Positions 30,229-40,538 of a stretch of DNA of 64,000 nucleotides are shown here, one piece after another. How positions within the stretch are numbered: position 1 is the first letter of the stretch; each line of letters opens with the position of its first letter. The position numbers and the translations under genes were made by a program. This stretch comes from Spirochaetia bacterium (GTDB lineage Bacteria; Spirochaetota; Spirochaetia; DSM-2461), in NCBI GenBank assembly GCA_963668315.1, contig OY764216.1, positions 4,768,001-4,832,000 on the forward strand. Reading direction: 5' to 3'. The notes beneath the pieces were generated by a model. That model did no database searches, was not told where the DNA came from, and saw only the letters and a list, made by a program, of their open reading frames with translations.

Positions 30229-31406
30229 AGTATTTCATCGATATTGCCTGGGCCCAGCAGATAAAAGAGGGACAGAGAATCGGCGGAGACGCGGTGTTCC
30301 TCTCCCGAACCAACGGGGACGACAGAAATATCTGTATTCTCTCCGACGGTCTGGGAAGCGGCGTCAAAGCCAATGTCCTGGCTACGATGACTGGTCGTAT
30401 GGCCCAGAGATACGTGGAGGAAGAGAAGGATATCATGCGGGCGGCGGAGATAATTATGAACACCCTGCCCGTCTGCCGTGAGAGGCGCATAAGCTACGCC
30501 ACTTTTACGATCTGCGACATCTCTCCCGACGGGGAAGCGCGGATCCTGGAATACGACAATCCTCCCTACATCATGATAAGAAATGGAAAAGTGCGGAAGG
30601 TGGAGAAAATCCGCAAGGAACTCAATCGGCCCAAGGCTTTCAAAAAGGAAGAGATCCTCTACTCGGAAGTCAAGCTCCAATACGGCGACAGGCTTGTCTT
30701 CTTTTCCGACGGGGTGACCCAGGCGGGACTCGGGACACCGGGCTATCCCCTGGGATGGCGGCAGAACAGAGTGGCCGAATTTCTGGAAAGACAGATGGCC
30801 AAGGATAAAACGCTTTCTGCCTGGCACTTGTGCCGTTCTCTGACGCGGCAGGCCCGCTTCCTGGACAAGGGGCACGCCATGGATGATATAACCGCCCTGT
30901 CCGTCTATTTCAGAAGGCCCCGGGAAACCCTGGTCGTGACCGGGCCTCCCATGGACAGCATCAACGACGCCCCCGTGGCCCGCAGAATTGCCGAGTTCCC
31001 CGGAAAAACCGTAGTGGCCGGGGGAACGACGGCCAATCTGGTTTCCCGGGAATTGAAGCGCAAACTGACGATCAACCTGAAAAGCCGGACGGAGAATGTT
31101 CCCCCCGCTTCGGAAATGGAGGGGATATCCCTGGTGACCGAAGGGATGCTTACCCTGAACCGGGTGGCGGAGATCCTGGAGAAGAAGGACGAAGAGGCCC
31201 TCTCCGGTTTCGACGGGGCTTCCCGCTTCGCCTCTCTGCTGATTAACAGCGACCGGGCCATTTTTCTGGTGGGGACAAGAATCAATGAAGCCCATCAGGA
31301 TCCGTCGATTCCCTTTGAGATCGGAATAAGACGGACGATTGTAAAACGGATAACCCAGGCTTTGGAAACGAATTACCTGAAGAAAACGAAGACAGAATAC
31401 ATTTGA
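30225..31406 (+). CDS. SpoIIE/PP2C-type Ser/Thr phosphatase, HfsC-like
   Basis: GD, LSDGLGSG, SDGV, DDIT; C-terminal GTRINEAHQDP. Confidence 0.9.
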   Translation: MKYFIDIAWAQQIKEGQRIGGDAVFLSRTNGDDRNICILSDGLGSGVKANVLATMTGRMAQRYVEEEKDIMRAAEIIMNTLPVCRERRISYATFTICDISPDGEARILEYDNPPYIMIRNGKVRKVEKIRKELNRPKAFKKEEILYSEVKLQYGDRLVFFSDGVTQAGLGTPGYPLGWRQNRVAEFLERQMAKDKTLSAWHLCRSLTRQARFLDKGHAMDDITALSVYFRRPRETLVVTGPPMDSINDAPVARRIAEFPGKTVVAGGTTANLVSRELKRKLTINLKSRTENVPPASEMEGISLVTEGMLTLNRVAEILEKKDEEALSGFDGASRFASLLINSDRAIFLVGTRINEAHQDPSIPFEIGIRRTIVKRITQALETNYLKKTKTEYI

Positions 31407-31449
31407 GATATCGGACCTACCCCTCAGGGGGCGCAGAAAGGAGTCAATC

Positions 31450-31710
31450 ATGGATAAAATAGAATTGGAAATTTGCACAGGAACCACCTGTTACTTACTG
31501 GGAGCCTCAGATCTTCTCGATGTTCTGGAGAATCTACCCGAACCCCTGAAGGAAAAGGTATCCCTCAGAGGAGTCGCCTGCCAGGATTTCTGCAAGAGCG
31601 GGGCCAAGCCTCCTTTTATAAAAATCAACGGAATCGTTATGGGAGAGATGTCCTCCGAAAGGCTGATCGCCACACTTGAAAACACTCTGGGAGATGAGAA
31701 CCTATGCTAG
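31450..31710 (+). CDS. Second thioredoxin-like [2Fe-2S] ferredoxin
   Basis: CTGTTC...CQDFC....PPFIKING. Confidence 0.82.
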   Translation: MDKIELEICTGTTCYLLGASDLLDVLENLPEPLKEKVSLRGVACQDFCKSGAKPPFIKINGIVMGEMSSERLIATLENTLGDENLC

Positions 31711-33158
31711 CAATGAGAAACAATACGGCCTATATAAAAAGGGATATCATGTCTGAGGTGATCAGAATGATTAATGAAGATACCCTGGAAAAGGAGATCG
31801 ACGCCCTTCCCCCGCGCTTCTATCCCAGATCGGGAGCCTCCGTGCGCTGCTGTGTCTACAAGGACAGGGCCATGATCCGCTACCGCCTCCTGGGGGTGAT
31901 GGGCTTTTCCCTGGAAGAGGATGACGACGACACCCTCCTTTTAAGGGACTATGCGAAAAGAGCCCTGGAAAGGACCAGGAAGAAGCAGGTTAAGGACCTC
32001 AAGCCTCTGACCATGCTGGATATGGTATGCAGTTCCTGTGCGGGAGGAAAATACCATGTAACCGATCTGTGCCGCGGCTGCGTCGCCCGCCCCTGTCAGA
32101 TCAATTGTCCGAGAAACGCCATAACCATCGTCAACGGCCGCTCCGTCATCGATGAGGACAAATGTATCAACTGCGGGAAGTGCCAGCAGCTGTGTCCCTA
32201 CAACGCCATTGTGTACACCCCCCTCCCCTGCAGTGAGAACTGCCCGGTCGATGCGATTATCCTCAAGGAGGACGGCACCCGCGCCATCGACTACGACAAA
32301 TGCATCAGCTGCGGAAACTGTACGCGGAGCTGCCCCTTCGGCGCCGTGGTGGAACGGAGCCGCATTGTGGACATTGCCATGGCCCTCAAGGGAGACAAAC
32401 CCGTGGCGGCTCTGGTCGCCCCCGCCCTTTACGGTCAGTTCCCCTACGATCCGGAAAAACTTAACGGCGCCATCAGAAATATCGGCTTTGACCGGATCGT
32501 GGAAGTGGCCTCAGGCGCCGAAGAGACCGCCCGCAGGGAAGCTCTCGAACTGGGAGAGAAGAGGGCCGAGGGAATCCTGCCCCTGACGAACTCCTGCTGC
32601 CCCGCCTGGAAGGAAACGGTGGAAAAGCATATTCCCGGCCTTCAGAACAATATTTCCCATACGCCCAGCCCCATGGCCATAACGGGAGATCTGGTCAAAG
32701 CGAAGGATCCCGATGTCGTCACGGTCTTCATCGGCCCCTGTATCGCCAAGAAGAACGAAGCGGCCAAGCTGGACTGCATCGACTACACCATGACCTTTGA
32801 GGAGCTGGGGGCCTTTTTCCTGGCCCGCGAAGTGGAAGTGGCCAACTGCGATAAAACCGAATCCCAGTCCGCACCGGATGGTCCGGAAGCCCATAAGGAA
32901 GGACGCACTTTCGCCAGGGCCGGAGGCGTCACCGAAGCTCTTATATCCTATCTGGGCGAAGAGGCCGATACGGTGCGTCTGGACGGACTGGACCGCAAGA
33001 TGATCAAGCAGCTGAAAATGCATGAGAAATTCTTCTCCGGCAAAGACTTTATCGAAGTCATGTGCTGTGAAGGCGGTTGTCTGGGAGGTCCGGGAGTCAT
33101 CTCATCGCCCAAACCGGCTGCCGTCCGGCTGGAAAAATACGCCAAGGGCGAAGCCTAA
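31704..33158 (+). CDS. Monomeric ferredoxin-type [FeFe]-hydrogenase (group B / HfsD-like)
   Basis: Multiple 4Fe-4S motifs; H-cluster motifs TNSCCPAW, GPCIAKKNE, EVMCCEGGCLGG. Confidence 0.92.
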   Translation: MLAMRNNTAYIKRDIMSEVIRMINEDTLEKEIDALPPRFYPRSGASVRCCVYKDRAMIRYRLLGVMGFSLEEDDDDTLLLRDYAKRALERTRKKQVKDLKPLTMLDMVCSSCAGGKYHVTDLCRGCVARPCQINCPRNAITIVNGRSVIDEDKCINCGKCQQLCPYNAIVYTPLPCSENCPVDAIILKEDGTRAIDYDKCISCGNCTRSCPFGAVVERSRIVDIAMALKGDKPVAALVAPALYGQFPYDPEKLNGAIRNIGFDRIVEVASGAEETARREALELGEKRAEGILPLTNSCCPAWKETVEKHIPGLQNNISHTPSPMAITGDLVKAKDPDVVTVFIGPCIAKKNEAAKLDCIDYTMTFEELGAFFLAREVEVANCDKTESQSAPDGPEAHKEGRTFARAGGVTEALISYLGEEADTVRLDGLDRKMIKQLKMHEKFFSGKDFIEVMCCEGGCLGGPGVISSPKPAAVRLEKYAKGEA

Positions 33159-33166
33159 GGAGAACT

Positions 33167-33213
33167 CCGGTCCGAAAATCCGCTCCTTTGGTACCGGCGG
33201 ATTTTCGGACCGG
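33167..33213. terminator. 17-bp perfect hairpin between convergent genes
   Basis: CCGGTCCGAAAATCCGC-13nt-GCGGATTTTCGGACCGG. Confidence 0.7.
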
Positions 33214-33269
33214 TTCACCCTATGATTCCGGCAAGGGATGGGCCCCCGGAGTCACCCGATTCCTGTCAT

Positions 33270-34637
33270 TCAGGAATACTGATAATGAGAGATGTTTACG
33301 GGAAGTATCATCACATCCCGTCCCTCGATCTCATCAATATGCCCTTTGATGATTCCTCTCAGCGTTTCCCGCACATTTTCCAGACCGGGAGTTCCCACCA
33401 GATTGTTCTGTTCATAGGGATCGGCTTCCAGGTCATAAAGATAGGCTTCCACATACACATCGTGCCCGCCCGTACTGACTCCGGTGATGCCTTCGTGATC
33501 GGGATGGGCGACGGCGTACTTCCACTTGTCCGTGCGGATGGCCCGTCCTATGTGACTTTCGGAGATTTCCATATACACGTCTTTCCGCCAATCCTTTGCC
33601 TTCCCTTCGGCCAGCTCTCCCAGGGGACAGCCCCTCATATAGGGGGGGACGGGGATACCGGCGGTCTCCAGAAAGGTGGGGGGAATATCTATCAGGCTTA
33701 CCAGATCTCCGACGGTCTTCCCTCCCCGGTAGCCGGGGCCGCACATGACGAGGGGGACATGGGTACACCCCTCGTGGCAGCTCCGCTTGTACTCCTTGTT
33801 TCGGGTACGGAAATGGGAACCGTGGTCGCTTGTAAAAATCACGAGAGTATTATCGGCCATGCCCAGCTCCTCCAGTTTTTCCCGCACCCGGCCCAGCCCG
33901 CGGTCCAAAGCGTGGCAGCAGCCCAGGTAATCGGGATACTCCTCCCGCCAGGTTCCCTCCCTGCCGTTCAGGGCCAGGTCGCCGGGTGCCTTGAAGTCCT
34001 TCCATTTCTCCCGGGATCCTGCCGGACCTATGGAAGCGTCCATGTCGTTCTGGTGGTGGGGTTCGATATAGGAGATGAAGAGGAAAAAGGGGTTCTCCTT
34101 GGGCTTATCCAGATAGTCCAGCACCAGATCGGTCTGCCAGTCCGCCCGGAACTTGTCCCTGAACTCGATCGGCTCCCCCTCTCGGTTGAACATGCGCCCC
34201 TCCTGGGGGTGGGATGTCCACTCCAGACTGTCCGAGGCGATCCATTCATCCTTATAGCCGCCCCTCAGCTCCCTGGGAATGGCGCAGGTTCTGTTCAGAT
34301 AGCCCTTATCCTTGTCCGAAGCCAGGTGCCATTTTCCGATATAGGCCGTATCGTAACCGTATTCGTTGAAGTAATGGGCCACGGTTTTCTGGTCCAGGGG
34401 CAATATCTTATCGTTACGGAAACATCCCAGCTCGGAGGGATACTTGCCTGTCTGAAGGGCCGCCCGGGCAGGTCCGCAGACGGGCTGGCATGTATAGGCA
34501 TAATCAAAACGGACCCCTTCCCGGGCCATTCGGTCCAGATGGGGGGTCACAGGCAGTTCCTGACCGTAGCATCCGCAGGTATCCCAGCGCTGCTGGTCGG
34601 TAAAGAAAAAGATGATATTCGGTTTTTCAGATGTCAT
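33270..34637 (-). CDS. Cys-type (formylglycine) sulfatase
   Basis: PNIIFFFTDQ, CGPAR (CxPxR), GKWHL, SDHG, LYDL..DPYE. Confidence 0.93.
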   Translation of the reverse strand: MTSEKPNIIFFFTDQQRWDTCGCYGQELPVTPHLDRMAREGVRFDYAYTCQPVCGPARAALQTGKYPSELGCFRNDKILPLDQKTVAHYFNEYGYDTAYIGKWHLASDKDKGYLNRTCAIPRELRGGYKDEWIASDSLEWTSHPQEGRMFNREGEPIEFRDKFRADWQTDLVLDYLDKPKENPFFLFISYIEPHHQNDMDASIGPAGSREKWKDFKAPGDLALNGREGTWREEYPDYLGCCHALDRGLGRVREKLEELGMADNTLVIFTSDHGSHFRTRNKEYKRSCHEGCTHVPLVMCGPGYRGGKTVGDLVSLIDIPPTFLETAGIPVPPYMRGCPLGELAEGKAKDWRKDVYMEISESHIGRAIRTDKWKYAVAHPDHEGITGVSTGGHDVYVEAYLYDLEADPYEQNNLVGTPGLENVRETLRGIIKGHIDEIEGRDVMILPVNISHYQYS

Positions 34638-34719
34638 TTCGCTCTCCTGATTTATATTGATTTTATCATATTTTTCCTTGACTTATTCGGTATATATCTC
34701 TTATTAATTGTATTATTAT

Positions 34720-35571
34720 ATGATTTCTATTCACGAACAGCTATTCTGCCTTTTAGAGGAAGATCTGCCCCGACACCTTATTAGTGCCGATGATTCGGTC
34801 CCCCCTCCCCTCAATAAGAAGGAGGGCTATAACTTCAGCCACTCCCACCGCATTGCCCTTCCCCTGGCGGGATGCCACAAAATGGAGATCGCCCATAAGG
34901 GAAAAAGAGAGACAATCCGGCCCGAGCGGGGATGGGCCACACTCATGCCCAGGGGTGTATGGAATATGGTCGATTGGCATACTCCCGTGGAAGTGGCCAC
35001 CTTCATCTTCGACGGGGGTCATACCTACGTAAACCATATTCTCTGTTCCGGACAGGGACGGGCGGCCAGCCGTCTGACACGCCTTGTCCTTCCCCCTCTC
35101 GGGAGCAGGTCGAAAGTGCTTATGGAACTCCTTCTCTCCTGCAAGGAAGGGGAGGAAAAATCCGCCTTGAAGCTGATCTGGCTGATTATCCGCATGACAA
35201 TGGAAGAAAAGGGAGAGTATATACCGAGGGGTAAAGCCGATCATACCTACCGTTCCATCTGTTCCTGGCTATCGGAAAACTGGACGATACAGCCGACAAG
35301 GGAAGAGGTGGCCTCCCTCTTCAGCATTACCCCCAATTACCTCTCCGGCCTCTTCCGTACTCAGGGGGGAACGGGATTCAGCGAATACCTGACCGGCCTG
35401 CGCCTCCTTCATGCCCGCCGGCTCCTCAGGAATACGAACCAGACCCTGGGGGAGATCGGCTACAGCTGCGGTTATCCCGATCCGGCCTATTTCTGCCGTA
35501 TTTTTAAAAAGCATGCCGGTATGACGCCTACAGAGTACCGTCTGTCCCCTGTGAAGGACAAAATGGAATAA
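34720..35571 (+). CDS. AraC-family regulator
   Basis: C-terminal YLS.LF...LR...ARRLL...IGY.CGY.D..YF.RIFKK..GMTP; start uncertain (34708 or 34720). Confidence 0.9.
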   Translation: MISIHEQLFCLLEEDLPRHLISADDSVPPPLNKKEGYNFSHSHRIALPLAGCHKMEIAHKGKRETIRPERGWATLMPRGVWNMVDWHTPVEVATFIFDGGHTYVNHILCSGQGRAASRLTRLVLPPLGSRSKVLMELLLSCKEGEEKSALKLIWLIIRMTMEEKGEYIPRGKADHTYRSICSWLSENWTIQPTREEVASLFSITPNYLSGLFRTQGGTGFSEYLTGLRLLHARRLLRNTNQTLGEIGYSCGYPDPAYFCRIFKKHAGMTPTEYRLSPVKDKME

Positions 35572-35692
35572 ACATCAATTTTTATTGCATGCAATGTTTG
35601 ACAAATCCTGGATTGATGCTTTATAATGGATCAGGCTCATTAGGGGGACCTCTCCCCGATCGAACCCTAAGCCCAACACATGAGGTAGAAAT

Positions 35693-36940
35693 ATGACCGG
35701 AATCGGAATAATCGGAATCGGAGGCTTTGCCCTCAATCATCTGGAATCGATAAAAAGCTGCGGAGAGATGGGTCTCTGCACCCTGGAGGCGGCGGTAATC
35801 AGAAGCCCCCATAAATATGAAGAGGGCCTGGCGGAACTTCGCAAAACCTGGCCCGATCTGCGGGTCTACCCCTCCCTGGAGGAACTCCTGGACAGGGAGG
35901 GAGACAAGGTGGGTATGATCTCGATTCCCACGGGAATCCCCTCTCACCGGAAGTTCGCCGAAATCTGTCTGGACAGGGGGAGGCATGTTCTGTGCGAAAA
36001 ACCCGCCGCCGGAACGATAGAGGACGCCCTGGCCATGAAGGCCGCCCAGGAACGGTCGGGAAAGAATCTGGCCATCGGTTTCCAGTATATGTTCTGCCCC
36101 ACCATCCAGCGTATAAAGGAGATGGTGATGGACAAGACCCTGGGTAAACTGATCTCCCTTAAATGTACGGCCCGCTGGAAGAGAACCAGCATCTACTATG
36201 ACAGAAACAGCTGGGCAGGCTGCATCAGGGACGGGGATTCCTTCGTCTTCGACTCCCCCATTCAGAATGCCAACGCCCACTATCTGCAGAATCTTCTCTA
36301 CCTGGCCGGCCCTTCCCGCCATGAATCGGCCCTGCCCGTAAAAATCTACGGAGAAAATTACCATGCCCAGGATATTGAATCGGCCGATACCCAGTACATC
36401 CGCTGCACCACGGCCGACGGCATTGAATTGAGTTTCGCCGTCACCCATGCCACGGAGGACGTGGACGGTCCTCACATCGAGTGCCTCTTCGAGAAAGGAC
36501 GGATTTCCTGGACCATGGAAAAGGGTGCCACACGCATTTACAACGAAAAGGGTGAGTTGACCGAATCCTTCGACAACGGCGAGAGCCCCCTTTTCCGTAC
36601 GGTGTTCGAGAAAACCCTCCGCGCCCTTGAAGAGGGAGAGCGTCCCCTCTGCCATATAGGCAACGCCTTCCAGCATACGGTCTGTATAAACTACCTTTAC
36701 AGGGCGACGGAAGGTATCAACGACCTTCCCGAAGAGTGGAAGCAGAACAACAAGGTCACCCACGAACCCTACCTGGGATACAGTTCCAACGTTAAGCTCG
36801 ATCCGAACGCCGTCAACACCGTTATAGTGGGCATTGACGAGGCGATGAAGGAGATGTGGGACAAGGGGGGCATCAGCTTTTTTGAGGCCGGACTGCCCTG
36901 GGCGAAGGAAGGGAAAACTCTGGACGTTTCCCTCAATTAA
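35693..36940 (+). CDS. Gfo/Idh/MocA oxidoreductase
   Basis: IGIIGIGG, HVLCEKP, GFQ; TTGACA-18-TATAAT promoter upstream. Confidence 0.9.
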   Translation: MTGIGIIGIGGFALNHLESIKSCGEMGLCTLEAAVIRSPHKYEEGLAELRKTWPDLRVYPSLEELLDREGDKVGMISIPTGIPSHRKFAEICLDRGRHVLCEKPAAGTIEDALAMKAAQERSGKNLAIGFQYMFCPTIQRIKEMVMDKTLGKLISLKCTARWKRTSIYYDRNSWAGCIRDGDSFVFDSPIQNANAHYLQNLLYLAGPSRHESALPVKIYGENYHAQDIESADTQYIRCTTADGIELSFAVTHATEDVDGPHIECLFEKGRISWTMEKGATRIYNEKGELTESFDNGESPLFRTVFEKTLRALEEGERPLCHIGNAFQHTVCINYLYRATEGINDLPEEWKQNNKVTHEPYLGYSSNVKLDPNAVNTVIVGIDEAMKEMWDKGGISFFEAGLPWAKEGKTLDVSLN

Positions 36941-36955
36941 GTCTACCATGGGGAC

Positions 36956-37774
36956 ATGAATAGAATCCTCGCCTGTTTTCTGGATATTGACGGCACTCTT
37001 GTGCGTACCGACCACACCCTCTCTCCGGCGGTTATTAAAGCGGTTAAGCGGCTTGAAGAGGAGGGAGTGGCCCCCGTCATTGCCACGGGAAGAAGCTACG
37101 AGGCCCTGCTTCCCATCAAGAACGAACTGAATCTGCACAGCCCGGTCATCTGTTACAACGGCGCCATGATCGTCGACGGGCGGGACGGCTCCGTCATGGC
37201 CCGCCACGATCTTCCCGATAACGAAGCCCGCCGGGTGATAGATCTGGCCCGGGAAAGGGATCTCCATATTCTCGCGTACCGCGAGGGAAAGCTCATATAC
37301 GAAAAAGAACGGCCCGAAGCACAGGAGTACGCCGCCCGCATCAAAATATCCGGCGAGGTGACGGACTTTGATTCCCTGACAAGCTGGAATTTCACGAAAT
37401 GCCTCATTATTGCCGATCATGAGACGCTGCTTCCCCTGAAAGAGGAGATAGAGAAAAGGTGCGGAGAAGGGATTAACGTCTTCTTTTCCGATCCCCGTTT
37501 CCTGGAAATCGTCCACAGAAATGTGGATAAAGGACGGGCGGTACAAGAGGTGATGAAGCTTCTGGGGGGCACAACGGAAGAGGCCATGGCCGTGGGCGAC
37601 GGATTCAACGACCTCCCCATGCTGGAAACCGCCCGCTGGGGTGTCGTCATGGCCAATGCGCTGCCGACCCTGCGGGAAAAGTTCCCCCCCGAAAGAACCG
37701 CCGGGCCGGTGGATGAAGACGGCCTGGCCCTCTATCTGGCGGATTTTTTCCAATGGGACGATTTTTCCCTATGA
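36956..37774 (+). CDS. Cof-type HAD-IIB hydrolase
   Basis: LDIDGTL, ATGR, YNGA, DKG, GDGFNDLPML. Confidence 0.93.
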   Translation: MNRILACFLDIDGTLVRTDHTLSPAVIKAVKRLEEEGVAPVIATGRSYEALLPIKNELNLHSPVICYNGAMIVDGRDGSVMARHDLPDNEARRVIDLARERDLHILAYREGKLIYEKERPEAQEYAARIKISGEVTDFDSLTSWNFTKCLIIADHETLLPLKEEIEKRCGEGINVFFSDPRFLEIVHRNVDKGRAVQEVMKLLGGTTEEAMAVGDGFNDLPMLETARWGVVMANALPTLREKFPPERTAGPVDEDGLALYLADFFQWDDFSL

Positions 37775-38487
37775 GAGATCCCGCTCTCTATGAAAAGGAA
37801 GAGACCGATTCCACCCAGAATGACGCCCGGGGTCTCATAGAGAAGGGAGAAGCCGTCCACGGGGATATCTGCACGGCCCTCTATCAGAGTGCCGGGAGAG
37901 GCCGGATCTCCGGACGGATATGGGAAGGAGAAAAGGACGCCGCCCTGATGTTCACCCTGATTCTCGAAAAGGACAAAACACCTGCCAGTCCTCCCCTCTC
38001 CCTGCTGCTGGGCCTGGCCCTGGCTCTGACTCTGGAAGAGGACTTTTCCCTCCTTCCCCGTATCAAATGGCCCAACGACGTCTATCTGGAAGGGAAAAAG
38101 TGCGCCGGCATACTATGCGAATCGGAGAAAAAATACTGGCTCTGCGGAATGGGGATTAACCTGAATCAGGCCTCCTTTCCGGAAGAACTGAGGGAGAAGG
38201 CCCAGTCTCTTTACCGGGTTCTGGGGAAGAAAGTGGACGGAAAACTCTTTCTCCCTTCTCTTAAGAACCGGATATTCGAGCTTCTGACACGGCCCGCCGA
38301 AGAAATCATCGGAGAAATCGGCCGGCGCCTTCTCTGGAAAGGAGAAGAGAAAACCCTCCTCCTGGGGGATCCTGCCCGCCGGGAAGAGCTTGTCGGAACG
38401 GTGGAGGGAATTAACCCGGACGGAGCCCTGCTCATCGGCACCCCCGGGGGACTCCGGCAGATTTACTCCGCCGAATTTCCCTCCTAG
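37771..38487 (+). CDS. birA: Biotin-[acetyl-CoA carboxylase] ligase, no HTH
   Basis: [28 protein letters not shown]. Confidence 0.92.
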   Translation: MRDPALYEKEETDSTQNDARGLIEKGEAVHGDICTALYQSAGRGRISGRIWEGEKDAALMFTLILEKDKTPASPPLSLLLGLALALTLEEDFSLLPRIKWPNDVYLEGKKCAGILCESEKKYWLCGMGINLNQASFPEELREKAQSLYRVLGKKVDGKLFLPSLKNRIFELLTRPAEEIIGEIGRRLLWKGEEKTLLLGDPARREELVGTVEGINPDGALLIGTPGGLRQIYSAEFPS

Positions 38488-40538
38488 GTAAGGGTAAAAC
38501 CGGAGAAGGCCTTCTCCAGGGTATCAACGATCTGCCGGTTTTCCCGGGCCACATCCTGAAGGGCTGTGATCAGTTCCACAATCTCCTGGGTTCCCCTGGC
38601 CTGTTCGTCCGTGGCTGTTTTAATCTCGTTGAATGCCTGAATTATCATATCCACCGAATGGCGCATAGACTCGTTTTTCTCTTTCTGCTCGGCTGTCACT
38701 TCCTTGATCGTCGTGGTGGCATCGACAAGGCAGGAGATGGATTTGAGGATTTCACCGGCTCCGGCGTTCTGCTCATCCATGGCCATGGCGATACCCTCGA
38801 TAACCCGGGACGTCTCTTCCACATCCTGGATGACCCGTGCCAGGGATGAACCGGCTTTCTCGGAAAGTTTGACTCCCTTGCCCACCACATCAACCATTGT
38901 CTGTATCTGCCCGGTAATCTGCCTGGCCCCTTCCGAACTGTCTTCGGCCAGGCGCCGCACCTCATCGGCAACAACGGCAAAACCCTTGCCCGCTTCTCCC
39001 GCATGGGCCGCTTCGATGGCGGCGTTCATGGCCAGAAGATTGGTGGTATCCGCCGTATCGGTGATAAGGGTCACAAGGGAATTCACCTCTTCCGAGGAAG
39101 TCTCCACAGCCTTGACCGCTCCGATGGAATCGACGACGGCCCTTTCTCCATCCTTGGCGGCATCCTTCAGATGGGAAGACAGTTCGCTGGCCTTCCGTGT
39201 CGACTGGGAGACGGAGGAAATACTGGCGGCCATCTCATTAATAGCGCTGGAAGACTGGTCTACGAATGCGGCCTGGTTTTCCACACTGGCCGATACCCGG
39301 TCCAGGGATTCCACAAAGGAAAGAAGGGCTTCCCCGGTCTGGGAGACCGTTTCCGTCCGGACAGCCGTCGTCCTGTTTATCTGATTTACCGAGGCGACCA
39401 TCTCCTCGGTGGCGGCGGAAGTATTTTCCAGGTGGGCGTTCATGGTATTGTTGGACTCCATGACCTGAGCAGCTGACTGGGACAGAATCAAAAGCTTCTG
39501 CCTGAGATTTTCAATGAAATCGTTGAGAAGGGAAGTAATCCCCGCCAGTTCATCCTCACTCTGCAGACGGATTTTCTTGGTCAGGTCTCCGCTCCCCCGG
39601 GACAGTTCCCCCATTTTTTCCTTCAGATTACCAAGTTTGCTACGCTGGAGGATCGCAATAGCCAGGAAAACGGCCACCGCCGGTATCAGGGAGACCAGAA
39701 GAAGCCCTACCAGGCTGTTCACAATATGGGGCAGGAACTGGAGGACATCCCCCGAAAAAATCTGGGGCAGAGCCTGATCAGTGACACCGCCGGTACTTCC
39801 CAGGAACCCCAATGTTTCCTGCTGAACCTGTATGCGGGAGGCGGATCCCATAAACATTTTCACCACCGCATCAACAATAATAAGCTGACTATTGAAAACA
39901 AAAAGCAGAGGAATCCCGAAAAGCTGAGTGCCCGTTTTATGGAAAAGGGGCGGTTTCTTCTCGAAATGAAAAATATCCATGGTCAGGCGAAAGGGCCTGA
40001 GAGCAAAAAATTCAATCATCGTCCAGGAAAAGATCAACAGCTCCATGGACATATTTAACTTGGGCAGCAGATCCAGAACGACCCCTATGCCGTTTTTATC
40101 CTCGAAACGGATTCCCGAAAGAATCTGCAGAAGGAAAAGTACAGCCAGGGAGGAGTTATGCACGATTATAAAACGGGAGAAACGCTTCTCCCCCTTCTGT
40201 CTGAGCTCATCATCGATATGGCCGCCGTCGTATTTTTTTCTGTAGAGCTTCTCCATGGGAGCCAGATACCAGAAGATGAATCCCCCCAGAAGGCAGGTGA
40301 CGGGCAGAAGAACGACAAAGATAAACATCAGGGCAAACTTCATTATTCCCGCCCGGTTCTCCAGTCCTAACTGACTGAGGATTCCCAGGGAATCAAGAAA
40401 AACGTTCTGTACGGAAAAAAGGAAAAATGAGAGGCACACGATAAGAATAATGGAAAAGCGGATTCTTCTCTTACGCTGATCATACTCTTCAATGAGTTCC
40501 TGGCGCTGCTGTCTTAACTGATTGATTTCTTTTTTCAT
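38484..40538 (-). CDS. Methyl-accepting chemotaxis protein
   Basis: Several TM segments, HAMP (GDLTKKI...DEL), [34 protein letters not shown]. Confidence 0.95.
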   Translation of the reverse strand: MKKEINQLRQQRQELIEEYDQRKRRIRFSIILIVCLSFFLFSVQNVFLDSLGILSQLGLENRAGIMKFALMFIFVVLLPVTCLLGGFIFWYLAPMEKLYRKKYDGGHIDDELRQKGEKRFSRFIIVHNSSLAVLFLLQILSGIRFEDKNGIGVVLDLLPKLNMSMELLIFSWTMIEFFALRPFRLTMDIFHFEKKPPLFHKTGTQLFGIPLLFVFNSQLIIVDAVVKMFMGSASRIQVQQETLGFLGSTGGVTDQALPQIFSGDVLQFLPHIVNSLVGLLLVSLIPAVAVFLAIAILQRSKLGNLKEKMGELSRGSGDLTKKIRLQSEDELAGITSLLNDFIENLRQKLLILSQSAAQVMESNNTMNAHLENTSAATEEMVASVNQINRTTAVRTETVSQTGEALLSFVESLDRVSASVENQAAFVDQSSSAINEMAASISSVSQSTRKASELSSHLKDAAKDGERAVVDSIGAVKAVETSSEEVNSLVTLITDTADTTNLLAMNAAIEAAHAGEAGKGFAVVADEVRRLAEDSSEGARQITGQIQTMVDVVGKGVKLSEKAGSSLARVIQDVEETSRVIEGIAMAMDEQNAGAGEILKSISCLVDATTTIKEVTAEQKEKNESMRHSVDMIIQAFNEIKTATDEQARGTQEIVELITALQDVARENRQIVDTLEKAFSGFTLT

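Noticed and set aside
28504..33158. Selenocysteine or programmed frameshift in the hydrogenase genes
   Set aside because: The ORFs are uninterrupted and all H-cluster cysteine motifs are in frame.
33222..34784. 520-aa plus-strand ORF (likewise 29985-31487, 52698-53909, 22489-23451 and other overlapping ORFs)
   Set aside because: Antisense to well-supported genes; typical codon-bias artefacts.
35621..37753. 710-aa minus-strand ORF
   Set aside because: Antisense shadow of the Gfo and Cof genes in GC-rich DNA; no recognisable motifs.
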